From the NCBI GenBank assembly GCA_963662285.2, contig CAXXMV010000006.1, positions 1,664,001-1,728,000 on the forward strand: 64,000 nt of DNA, read 5' to 3'. Shown here piece by piece: positions 41,690-52,265 of the stretch (position 1 is the stretch's first letter; each line of letters begins with the position of its first letter). The notes beneath the pieces were generated by a model. The model was not told where the DNA came from and made no database searches. It worked only from the letters and a program-made list of their open reading frames with translations. This DNA is from a bacterium. Lineage in GTDB: Bacteria; Hinthialibacterota; Hinthialibacteria; Hinthialibacterales; Hinthialibacteraceae. The position numbers and the translations under genes were made by a program.

Positions 41690-42733
41690 ATGATGAGGAG
41701 AATTTGTATTGTTCTTTTAGTGGTTTTATGTTCGGTTTACGGGAATTCTCAAACAGTGCTTGAGAATTTTTTCACCGAAGAAGGCGGCAACTCTCCATAT
41801 TCCTTGAACGGCGACCAAAAATGCGGTCAGCGATTTACCGCGACTCAACCGTTCGAGGGAATCGAAGTGAACGGTCCGACCTGGAGCGTCAGCGGAGAAA
41901 AAGGCATGACTGTCCGTCTCTATCATTGGGCGGGCAATTATGAATCTACTGTTGCTCAAAATCCGATTGTAATCAGCGTACTGGTGAATTTGGACGACAA
42001 CGGCTGGTTCCCGGTATACGCTGGTTCCGAACTCGCAGCCGGAGAATATTTCTGGGAAGCATCTGAACCAACCAATTCAAATCCCGAAGCGGAGAATCCT
42101 TATCAGATTGGTTGCTGGTTATGGAATGAAAGTAAATACGTCGACGGTGAAGCATATTTCAACGGTGTTAAATTAGATAACGTTGCAATCACTTGGTGGC
42201 GTCTGTATGGAGATGGGCAGGATGCTGTCTTCTGGACGCCTTTCTCTATTCCTGACAGCGATATTGCCAGCCTGGCCCAGAGTTTTACAGTAGGCTGGGA
42301 TTTCCAAGGCGTTGCGTTGGCATCCCCCACCTGGAATGGTACGGGCGCGGGTTGCAGAATGAGCCTTTATGAATGGGATACTGATTATGATACTACCATT
42401 GCTGGCGATCCAATTGCGCAGACGATTATAGAGAATCATTCGGATAACGCCAGAGCGGAACTGATTATGGAGAATCCGGCGCCTGGTGGAAGATATCTTG
42501 TAGTATCTGATCAACCCGTACGGGGAACCGGCAATTTTGGTCATTGGGGTTGGACTAACTCCAGTTGGTGGGATCCGGAAAACACCACTTTCGCGGATGG
42601 CATCGAAATGGAGAATTATGAATCCTTCGACCTGTTCATCGGCGAACCATCCTCAGAACCAATCGGCAAAGATTTCGCTTCACGCTCACTGGGTGGAGTG
42701 GCAACCAGCATAGCCGAATGGGAACTGTTTTAA
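41690..42733 (+). CDS. Secreted protein with an internally duplicated beta-rich domain and C-terminal IAEWELF
   Basis: AAGGAG SD, signal peptide; two copies of Q.F.....F.G.....PTW...G....LY.W...Y..T.A..PI...DN. Confidence 0.8.
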   Translation: MMRRICIVLLVVLCSVYGNSQTVLENFFTEEGGNSPYSLNGDQKCGQRFTATQPFEGIEVNGPTWSVSGEKGMTVRLYHWAGNYESTVAQNPIVISVLVNLDDNGWFPVYAGSELAAGEYFWEASEPTNSNPEAENPYQIGCWLWNESKYVDGEAYFNGVKLDNVAITWWRLYGDGQDAVFWTPFSIPDSDIASLAQSFTVGWDFQGVALASPTWNGTGAGCRMSLYEWDTDYDTTIAGDPIAQTIIENHSDNARAELIMENPAPGGRYLVVSDQPVRGTGNFGHWGWTNSSWWDPENTTFADGIEMENYESFDLFIGEPSSEPIGKDFASRSLGGVATSIAEWELF

Positions 42734-42769
42734 ACAATCTAAACTAGATATTTTTATAAAACTATGGTG

Positions 42770-42813
42770 AAAGTTCAAAGTCCCTGAAAATGGGGCTTTG
42801 AACTTTTTTTTTT
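42770..42813 (+). terminator. Rho-independent terminator
   Basis: AAAGTTCAAAGTCCC / GGGGCTTTGAACTTT followed by a T-run. Confidence 0.8.
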
Positions 42814-43044
42814 GAGGAATGATATCAAATAGGAGTGGATGTATTGGGCAATACCTTAAAGAACGAATAACTTTATTGTATAAAAAGTATGTTTGACGTT
42901 AGAATCAAGAACATAATTATCTATGGTTTAGAGCGATTTTCAATATTACTTGCGTTAATGTGGTATTATATATTCAATGCATACAATACGCATACAGTTT
43001 TGTTAACCGATATAACCATGAATCCGCATTGGAGAGATTGGGAT

Positions 43045-43596
43045 ATGAAAAAGGCTGGTTTTACGCTTATCGAATTATTGATAGTAGTGGCCATAATCGG
43101 TATTTTGGCGGCTATCGCCGTCCCCAACTTCTTAAATGCGCAAATTCGCGCCAAGATTGCCGCGACTCAGTCAGACTTAAAGATGCTGGTCGACGCCATG
43201 CTGAATTATCACCTGGATAATAATTCATATCATGCGCACCGCGATACCAGTAATCAACAGTTTCCCCTCACCACTCCCATTGCGTATCTCAATTCGTTTT
43301 TGCCTGACCGATTCCAGGCGCTGTATGATATGGAAACCCGAACTGGATTCGAAAATACCCAGACGTTTTATCATTGGATTCCCAACAATACTCATCAGGA
43401 CTTATGGGGACAACCCTGGCGCAGGTGGGATAAAACCTTGGATAACGCCCACAAAAATCATGCCGGGCTGGTTGATGGATGGGGGCCTGCCGGAATACGC
43501 GGCGGTCCAATATACCAACCAAGTAATGGTTTAATAAGTCAGGGAGGCTTCTTTAAGCTGGTGCCAAAAGGTTCAAAAATACATTTGTATAATTAG
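43045..43596 (+). CDS. Prepilin-type N-terminal cleavage/methylation protein (GspG-like)
   Basis: MKKAG|FTLIELLIVVAIIGILAAIAVPNFLNAQIRAK; LTTPIAY; YQPSNGLISQG; start after GGAG. Confidence 0.9.
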   Translation: MKKAGFTLIELLIVVAIIGILAAIAVPNFLNAQIRAKIAATQSDLKMLVDAMLNYHLDNNSYHAHRDTSNQQFPLTTPIAYLNSFLPDRFQALYDMETRTGFENTQTFYHWIPNNTHQDLWGQPWRRWDKTLDNAHKNHAGLVDGWGPAGIRGGPIYQPSNGLISQGGFFKLVPKGSKIHLYN

Positions 43597-43623
43597 AATG
43601 GTTTACGTAATAGCGTTCATAAA

Positions 43624-43667
43624 CACGTAGAGACAAAGCCGGAAAAGATTGGCTTTGTCTCTACGTG
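43624..43667. repeat. Perfect 17-bp hairpin (GTAGAGAC-type REP / bidirectional terminator)
   Basis: CACGTAGAGACAAAGCC / GGCTTTGTCTCTACGTG between convergent genes. Confidence 0.7.
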
Positions 43668-43713
43668 ATAATCAATCAACCTATTTTTGAGAATAGTTTT
43701 AATTGAGATATAT

Positions 43714-46700
43714 TTACTGTTTATCTCTAGGCGGGATGCTTTTGTGATCCCACATATATGGTGAATCCTGAAATGCTTCGAGGGTGATATCGTCAATCAC
43801 CAGCGTTGCGCCGTCTTCGATTACTCCTGGAAAAGCGCCTTCGGTGTTTTCATTTTGTATAACTATGTAGGGATCAACCAGTCCGGTTTTGGTGAAAAGT
43901 CCTGTGGCGGTCACTTCATGCCAAACAGGTTTTTCAGGCAAGCGGTCGTTAGAGATAAAGGTAACCGATTCCTGATAGCCATTGGAGATTCCCAGAGCGA
44001 AGAATCCCAGACCTTTTTTCAAAACCTGGACATAAGCGCGCGCTGAGATTAATCGCGGGTATAAAGTATCATCGATATAGTTTGGTCCAACCTTCAATTG
44101 AATGGCGGAGACTGGATCAACTAAACCTAGTCGAAGCGATCTCTTTTGACCACCAGGGAAGTTGGAATGATCAGGTCCGGGATAGACGCCGCTGTCAGTT
44201 AAGCCATAGGATGCATTTTGATCGATGGTGAATTTTAATCCATAACCATCAAGGTTATCTTCAAACGATCCACTGAAATCTACCGGCAGTTTGGTTGCGC
44301 CCAGAGCGACATCAATATCCCGTTCAGCTGGAAAGATTCGAAGATTGTCGACATATATTTCTGCATGACCGGAGGTTTGTCCACCATGCACCTGAATCAG
44401 AGCCTGAGTTTTAGGCCCGATTACATTATAGGTGGTGCAAAGGAACTGGTATTCGCCTCCTCCGATAATTTCTCCGCCCCGTACGTTGGTATATGAAAGA
44501 TTGGAACTGTCCTCCGCCAAAGCAAGGGTTATAGTGGGCATATCATCTTTGTCGCCGGAGACTTTTTCTACGGCAAACCATACAGAAATTCTTGATGGTC
44601 CGGGCGGCAATTCAATATTCTGGCTCAGTAGAGATACAGTCTCACCGGGATCAACCGTAAAAACTGCTCCCCAACCATCAGTAATGAATGTGGTCGGTTC
44701 AGGGGGAATAGGTCCCAGGAAGACCTCGCCGTCATTATCGGTGTGCTTTTTTATGATCCATGTGGTTTCATCAAATGAATTTGCAGAGAAATTAAAATCC
44801 TTTTCAGCGATGCCATTTTCAGGAAGGATGACCGAAGAGGTACGCAGGATGGCGCCATCCCAATCATCTGGATTGCTTTGGCGTTCTCCAAAAATTGATA
44901 TAGTAATCGGTTGAGTAATCATACCCCCGGGAAATTCCGGGATGAGAAAGACGCCGCCATGCGCCACATGGGCGGCTTTTAATCCTTCATTATGGGTAAA
45001 CGTAGTTTCGAAGGGTACATCCGCCACATTAGCGTTGGGGGGATCGAGATAATTCTTGAGCAATGAATAACGGGAGACATAAGCGAAATCAGCTAATAGA
45101 GGGGCGTCTTCCAGAATAAAATCGTTGATTCTGAATGAAGAAACCTTTATGCGGATATCTTCGGATACGCTGAATACGCCATCCGATGCAAAGACGGTAT
45201 AAGTGGTTTCTATTGGGCGTCCGAATGCTTCAAGGGATATTTCATTTTCAGGATTTCGATCTATTTTCGGTCCGTTCTGTTCAGCGGTGGCGCTCCATAT
45301 TATTTCAGAAATTGGCGTATCGCGATCTGAAATAAAGTCATCCAGGTCATAAACTCTTTTAACTTCTTCATTTACCAGGATGCGAATATCAGGCAGGTCT
45401 TCAAGTTTTGGCGCACTGAATACAACAACATAAAGAGGAAGAGAATTAGAAAAGCCAGCGCCTTTTGTATCGATTAATCTGGCTGTAACAGTGTTGCGGC
45501 CTAATTCAAACAGGTTTGTGATTTCCTCGGCTGGTTTTTGAACTGTTGTTTCAGCGAATGATATAGTTGCGCTGGTAACATTGCCGCTTGACCCTTCAAC
45601 AGAGATTACAATGGTATCACGGGTTAATATCTGACCCTTTCCATCGGTGCTGGAAGATAATAGAACTTTTAATTTACCCGAACTTGGTTCGTATGGGATA
45701 TCTATCTGGGTGCTTCCAGTGTAAAACAGGAAATTGGGTGATGGAGAGAATCCGCTAGGGATTCCCGGCGCCAACTGTCCATGCGGCAAAGGAGTTGGCG
45801 TCGCAGTTGCAGTGGCCGTTGGTACGGGAGTCCGGGTTGGAGTAGGCGTACGCGAAAGAGGCGTACGGGTCGGCGTACGGGTTGGATCCAAGGTAGGCGT
45901 TGGAGATGGAGTAAAAGTAGGCGTCGGGGTGGGAGTGGCCGGAACGTTGTGTTCGGGAATTACCACCTGCCGGATTTTGTGATTTAAAGAATCTGCGAAA
46001 TAAAGATTGCCTTCTAAATTGATATCCAAACCTATGGGGAAGTTCAAGTAAGCATTTTCAGCGGCGCCGCTATCTCCTTCGAAACCGGTATTGCCTGAAC
46101 CGGCGACGATCTCAACAGTTGAATCAAAAAGATTCATTCTTCGAATTCGTTGGTCGTCACTGGTGAAATAAAGAAAAAGGTCTTCGAATACAGCAATTCC
46201 TCGTGGTCCGGCAAATTGAGGATTAACGCTGGAATCATACAGAGTGGTGATGATACCGTCTTTAATGCGCCGGATGCGGTTGCCAAACCGTTCCGCAATA
46301 TAGATTTCGCCGATAGGCCCTACGGCAACGTCAACCGGACTGTATAATTCCGCCTGAGTGGCAAGACCATTGTCGCCTCTACTGCCCTGGATGCCAGTAC
46401 CAGCAATAGTTACAACAATGTTATCAGTTCGGACTTTATGAATTTTGTTATTTAAGGTGTCGCATATTAATAAGCCATCGTCTTTGTCGATGGCAATGCC
46501 GCCCAGAGTGCTGAATTTCGCTTGACGCGCATCAACATTGTTGCCTACATCGCCTTTAATAGAACCGGCGAATAGTTCTATCTCACCCAATGGAGTGATC
46601 TTACGAATTTGATGAAGCGTGGCTATAAAGGTATTGCCATAATCATCAACCGCTAAACTGATCGGGGAAGCGATGGCTGCATCAATTGCATCACCAGTGT

Positions 46701-47064
46701 TGCCTGTTGCAGCGTTAATGCCATTTCCCGCATAAGTTCTAATCGTATTGTCTTTGGGATCAAACCTTCGTATGCGGTGGTTTCCTGAATCAGTTATTAA
46801 CAACGTTCCATCAATATAAAACGCTGCATCCTGGGGAATATCCAGTTTAGCGTCTATGGCCGGACCATCGTCACCGCTAAAGCCCTGGAAGCCTGTGCCG
46901 GCGATACTGCCTATAGTGGCGCCTGACAATGCAGAGGGAGAGTTTCCCTGTATATTTGGGCCAAGGTATATGATTCCATCTTTGCCAAGAGCGTCTATAG
47001 CAGTAAAGGAACACAAGGCTATTGCGGTGAGGAGAACTGATTGTAAATACTTATTTAGTTTCAT
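43714..47064 (-). CDS. Large secreted NHL-repeat (beta-propeller) protein with Pro/Thr linker and C-terminal beta-rich domains
   Basis: Repeated AGTG..GFSGD.GPA..A.L..P / D..NH.IR; PTPTPT linker at about 45790-45945; signal peptide. Confidence 0.85.
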   Translation of the reverse strand: MKLNKYLQSVLLTAIALCSFTAIDALGKDGIIYLGPNIQGNSPSALSGATIGSIAGTGFQGFSGDDGPAIDAKLDIPQDAAFYIDGTLLITDSGNHRIRRFDPKDNTIRTYAGNGINAATGNTGDAIDAAIASPISLAVDDYGNTFIATLHQIRKITPLGEIELFAGSIKGDVGNNVDARQAKFSTLGGIAIDKDDGLLICDTLNNKIHKVRTDNIVVTIAGTGIQGSRGDNGLATQAELYSPVDVAVGPIGEIYIAERFGNRIRRIKDGIITTLYDSSVNPQFAGPRGIAVFEDLFLYFTSDDQRIRRMNLFDSTVEIVAGSGNTGFEGDSGAAENAYLNFPIGLDINLEGNLYFADSLNHKIRQVVIPEHNVPATPTPTPTFTPSPTPTLDPTRTPTRTPLSRTPTPTRTPVPTATATATPTPLPHGQLAPGIPSGFSPSPNFLFYTGSTQIDIPYEPSSGKLKVLLSSSTDGKGQILTRDTIVISVEGSSGNVTSATISFAETTVQKPAEEITNLFELGRNTVTARLIDTKGAGFSNSLPLYVVVFSAPKLEDLPDIRILVNEEVKRVYDLDDFISDRDTPISEIIWSATAEQNGPKIDRNPENEISLEAFGRPIETTYTVFASDGVFSVSEDIRIKVSSFRINDFILEDAPLLADFAYVSRYSLLKNYLDPPNANVADVPFETTFTHNEGLKAAHVAHGGVFLIPEFPGGMITQPITISIFGERQSNPDDWDGAILRTSSVILPENGIAEKDFNFSANSFDETTWIIKKHTDNDGEVFLGPIPPEPTTFITDGWGAVFTVDPGETVSLLSQNIELPPGPSRISVWFAVEKVSGDKDDMPTITLALAEDSSNLSYTNVRGGEIIGGGEYQFLCTTYNVIGPKTQALIQVHGGQTSGHAEIYVDNLRIFPAERDIDVALGATKLPVDFSGSFEDNLDGYGLKFTIDQNASYGLTDSGVYPGPDHSNFPGGQKRSLRLGLVDPVSAIQLKVGPNYIDDTLYPRLISARAYVQVLKKGLGFFALGISNGYQESVTFISNDRLPEKPVWHEVTATGLFTKTGLVDPYIVIQNENTEGAFPGVIEDGATLVIDDITLEAFQDSPYMWDHKSIPPRDKQ

Positions 47065-47256
47065 GATGACGCACCACTACCATATTAAGGTTCGATAAGA
47101 CTTGTATTCGACGGTTAAAATCATACAAGAATTACACATAGTATAATATTATAACCCGTTTTTATTGTTAGATAAACAGAAAAAAATATATATACAACAT
47201 GCTTTAGGTCGCCGCTGTAATATCATTATAAGATTACGCAAGGATTATGCCTTTAT

Positions 47257-47284
47257 AAAAAGCCCCATTTATATGGGGCTTTTT
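47257..47284 (-). terminator. Terminator-like hairpin
   Basis: AAAAAGCCCCAT / ATGGGGCTTTTT. Confidence 0.6.
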
Positions 47285-47421
47285 GATGTTTTACATATTC
47301 ATTATAAAGATACTTAGGACTATTGGTTTAATTATCGACTTGAACCTCTATTCCCTTAACATAAGAGGGCAAATGTTTTCTGATCGGCAATATATGATAG
47401 AACATATTTAGGAAAACCGCT

Positions 47422-48300
47422 CTAGTTTTCTTCTACTGTAGCTGTTGCTTCTACAGGAATTTTTGAAATTTCAACATCCGGAAGTTTCCTATCCGGATTA
47501 TGGGATAATTCTTTGATGACGTCATCCAACTGAAGAGCTAAGAAATCGATAGTGCCAACCTCTTCATTAATGGTGAAAAGTTCGATGGTTTTTTCTATTA
47601 TGGTTACATTTTCCGTTTTATATGCAACGTCATGAATCATATCCAATAGGTTGTGTTGGTTAATATCATTACCTCGGACATGTCTGCGACCAATGTTCAT
47701 TTCAATTTGTTTGGTGCGCTGGCGTCCTTTGTCGAAATTATCCAGGTATTGTTTCCAGATATCTGCGCCAATGCTGAATCCATTTTCTTCAGCTTTGGCC
47801 AGGGTTCCCAGGTAGATATAGGTAAGCCATTGATATTCACTGGGGGACATATTATTTTCTCTCAATGTCTGTATATGACCCTGACCTATTTCAGCGGCTA
47901 AATGAGTCGCTAAGGTAATGATTTCTTTGATCTTTTTGGCGCCATGTATTTTGGACATAATGCCGGGTTGTTCCATTTGATTGCCAATTTCATCACCTTT
48001 ATCACCTAATTTTTTAATACTCTCACTAGCAAAACCAGCAGTTTGTTCACGGATGGTCAAGTAGGTTTTTACCCGTTCTTCACTGAGAAGGTCATCCTGC
48101 GGTTGCGCAAAAGGGAACTCAGCTTCGAGATCGTTGTATCCAGTCGCGACCTGTTTATATGTTTCACCGAGTTCCTTGCCGAATTGATAGCCTTGGTAGC
48201 CAAGAAAACCAACGCCGCCGACCAGCAGCATAATCAATAGAAGAATAAAACCGCCGCATCCCAGGCATCCATATAAAGCAATTTTTTTTCCCTTAGGCAT
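47422..48300 (-). CDS. Hypothetical membrane-anchored protein
   Basis: MPKGKKIALYGCLGCGG followed by a TM anchor and a helical soluble domain; GAGGG SD. Confidence 0.7.
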   Translation of the reverse strand: MPKGKKIALYGCLGCGGFILLLIMLLVGGVGFLGYQGYQFGKELGETYKQVATGYNDLEAEFPFAQPQDDLLSEERVKTYLTIREQTAGFASESIKKLGDKGDEIGNQMEQPGIMSKIHGAKKIKEIITLATHLAAEIGQGHIQTLRENNMSPSEYQWLTYIYLGTLAKAEENGFSIGADIWKQYLDNFDKGRQRTKQIEMNIGRRHVRGNDINQHNLLDMIHDVAYKTENVTIIEKTIELFTINEEVGTIDFLALQLDDVIKELSHNPDRKLPDVEISKIPVEATATVEEN

Positions 48301-48494
48301 AGTACCCTCTTTGGAGATTAGAATATAAGTTAAAACAAATTTCTTGCATTTTACCACATTAGAGCGATTGTCAAAATTTTTTTTGTTTATTATCACGTTT
48401 GATCTTCGACGAATCGCCAATCCGAACATGATTATAACAACTACTCTAAGACGCTTAAAGTGAATTGCTTTATTCAAATTAAATAATACCGGAC

Positions 48495-48530
48495 AAAAAA
48501 AAACAAGGCATGCGATTTATTGCATGCCTT
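48495..48530 (-). terminator. Terminator after purA
   Basis: AAGGCATGC / GCATGCCTT followed on the minus strand by a T-run. Confidence 0.7.
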
Positions 48531-48557
48531 ATTTAACTTATTGTAAATCAATAATTA

Positions 48558-49877
<1,320 letters not shown>

Positions 49878-50046
49878 TTAAAAATTAACTCGAATAAATT
49901 CCTTACGCACAAAACAGTTAATCTTACTATATAACCTGGCATATCTCAATGACCAGAGACCATGTTTATAATAGTGGATAGTGGGATGGAATGTTATTCA
50001 CTTAAGTTGTTTTAACATCCCCCTCACCCTGGCCATCTCCCGCCGA

Positions 50047-50528
50047 GCTACTCTCCGTACAAATTGTTGTGAAATTGAAGCAGTGGCAATACACCTACCT
50101 CTGATAAACTGAAAAAACACTCTATCAATAACCAGAGAGTATAAAAAAGGGGAGCATCGGCTTCTAGCCGGTACGCCAATCCCGTCGGTTCTCTTCACAC
50201 AAAAAAGGATACTATTCCACGATTTCAACCAATCCCTTCCTAACCGGTTTGCTTCTATTGATGAATAATTTTAATGCTATGAAGTATTGTTGTGATCGAA
50301 TGATATCCAAGGTTTGGAATTTCCAATAGCGTAGGAGGATGTGCACGTGATCCGGCATCACAACACAAATCGGTTATTCATTTTTCATCCCCCCTATCTC
50401 CATGGAAATGATTATGCGTAATGGTGCTCATTCTATTCTATTTGACACACCGGCTAGAAGCCGATGCTCCCCATTCTATGATGTTCCCCGTTTCATTCTC
50501 CTCTTTTGATTTGTGTACGGAGAGTAGC
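50047..50528. mobile_element. 482-bp non-autonomous element with perfect 15-bp terminal inverted repeats
   Basis: GCTACTCTCCGTACA (50047-50061) / TGTACGGAGAGTAGC (50514-50528); flanks CCGA and CCGG may be a 4-bp TSD with one mismatch. Confidence 0.7.
50149..50472 (-). pseudogene. Decayed REP-associated tyrosine transposase (RAYT/Y1) remnant between 24-bp inverted repeats
   Basis: IRs GGGGAGCATCGGCTTCTAGCCGGT (50149-50172) and its reverse complement (50449-50472); minus-strand fragments CVVMPDHVHILL (HUH motif), HSITTILHSIK and PVRKGLVE. Confidence 0.7.
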
Positions 50529-50578
50529 CCGGAGGGAGAGGGAACTCTGTTATGCAAAATTATGAGTTGGTCAGAATA

Positions 50579-52090
50579 CTATCGCCGTATAGCTGGTTTA
50601 ATAGTCCAACCTTGCAATTTCGCCAATTCCATCAACCTTGGCGCATGAAATCCTTCAGGATGGATCGGCCAGCTCCCCCAAAGTTCCGGTGAGTCATCGG
50701 CGACATAATTCAACGCGCTAAAAGCCGGATTCTGAAGATCAATGGTTTGAATAGCGCCGGGGTTCTTTAATTCACTTACAAGCCCTTTAGCAATTGTAGC
50801 CGCGAAATTTTCCGGATGCCAAGGTTTACCGGCGACCCAGACTGTGGCGGGCATTTGATGAGTTTCATCCATTATTTGAAGAGCATCTTTCGCGGCGCTG
50901 ATTAGCGCCGACCATCTGACTGAATGTTCACTGGCGTGTTGCTGCGCCATGTTGGCCGGACCGTATACAAATTTAACCTTTATGTTTTCAGGATATTGGC
51001 CTGAATCATCTGATTTGGCGAGAACTGAGGTTAGTGCATATAAGCCTTCACCAGCTGAAGCCATTCTACTCTTATCAAGCGGGATATAGTTAATGTCCTT
51101 GCTTAACTGAGCCGCGATTTTCATCAAATCATTTTTATCTAAATCCCGTGTATATAGCTTATCTGTATAAAGCGCGGGAATTTCTCTGGCGGTTACTAAC
51201 TGCACCGCTGAATGTTTGACAACATAATCCAGGTACTGTTCAAAAATATCAAAAGCCTGTTCACATTCTTCCTGGGATTTCATCGGCGTCAGTTTCCAGT
51301 CTTTCCTAAGTGGATTGGCGCCTTTTGCGAAATTAACTCCATCCCAGAATTCTTCATGGATAAGTTCACAAGGATGATAATAAATACTGATAATCCCTCC
51401 ACCCTCTTGAATTAGTCGTTGGTGGACTTTATCGAATTGGGCGCAGGTTTTCTTCAGAGATTCCTCATTCCACTCATTATTTCTAACTATTGCATCTCCC
51501 AGTTCGAGAACATTAAGCAATCCGCCATACCAGAAGGGACGGTTATCAAGATTTACTTGATTGGTTGCATCCAGGTAAAGGGGAACGCCCCATTCGCGCA
51601 ACGCAGCATAACTCTGAGGAGTCCATGAATTGCCGGGCTGTCCATAACATGACGGATTTACGCCAAACACTTCCTTGAGCCATTGCAGACCAACGCCTTC
51701 GCGTCTTTTAAATTCACTGACGCCATCGTGCCAACTCAAATCACGTGAGTATTCTGCAGGAGTTGGATGAATGCTGTGGTAGGTAGAATGGTAGGATATG
51801 TCATGTTTCGATAATGCAAGGATGACATCATCTCTTCCGCGTTCCTCTAGAGTTCGCGCTTTCTCGCCCACGATTTTGAAAGTAGCCTGAACCCCGCGTT
51901 CGGCAAACATATTTGCGATTCGCATTACAGCGTCGTCTGTTTCGGGTAGAATATAATCTTCAGTATCAAACCAGAACGTAACATAGATAACGGTATCAGC
52001 TTTTGTCCGGGTTTTGGCATGGATATCTTGCACGCCGAATCCTATTATCGCAATTATTCCAATAATGAGTTGAATATTTTTACGTATCAT
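50579..52090 (-). CDS. Secreted polysaccharide deacetylase-like (NodB/GH57-type fold) protein
   Basis: TFWFDTEDY, ATFKIVGEKA, HDISYHSTYHSIHP, IYYHPCE; signal peptide. Confidence 0.7.
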   Translation of the reverse strand: MIRKNIQLIIGIIAIIGFGVQDIHAKTRTKADTVIYVTFWFDTEDYILPETDDAVMRIANMFAERGVQATFKIVGEKARTLEERGRDDVILALSKHDISYHSTYHSIHPTPAEYSRDLSWHDGVSEFKRREGVGLQWLKEVFGVNPSCYGQPGNSWTPQSYAALREWGVPLYLDATNQVNLDNRPFWYGGLLNVLELGDAIVRNNEWNEESLKKTCAQFDKVHQRLIQEGGGIISIYYHPCELIHEEFWDGVNFAKGANPLRKDWKLTPMKSQEECEQAFDIFEQYLDYVVKHSAVQLVTAREIPALYTDKLYTRDLDKNDLMKIAAQLSKDINYIPLDKSRMASAGEGLYALTSVLAKSDDSGQYPENIKVKFVYGPANMAQQHASEHSVRWSALISAAKDALQIMDETHQMPATVWVAGKPWHPENFAATIAKGLVSELKNPGAIQTIDLQNPAFSALNYVADDSPELWGSWPIHPEGFHAPRLMELAKLQGWTIKPAIRR

Positions 52091-52265
52091 TTTTTTATTT
52101 CCTTTTTTGAAAAAGCCTTCTTCTAATATTCGGTATATATCATTGTTATCACTCAGAGTACAAGCTCAGTCATTGAATGTTAGCATATTTCATGAATTTA
52201 TGTTAAGTACTATGGTTTTTCAATCAAATTAACTTATATTTGTAACCAGGGATGAGGGATCGATT

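Noticed and set aside
43714-43780. DSPYMWD near the end of the NHL protein as a tail variant
   Set aside because: It is followed by 11 more residues and has no terminal aromatic
45790-45945. Low-complexity repeat
   Set aside because: Ordinary Pro/Thr linker of a secreted modular protein
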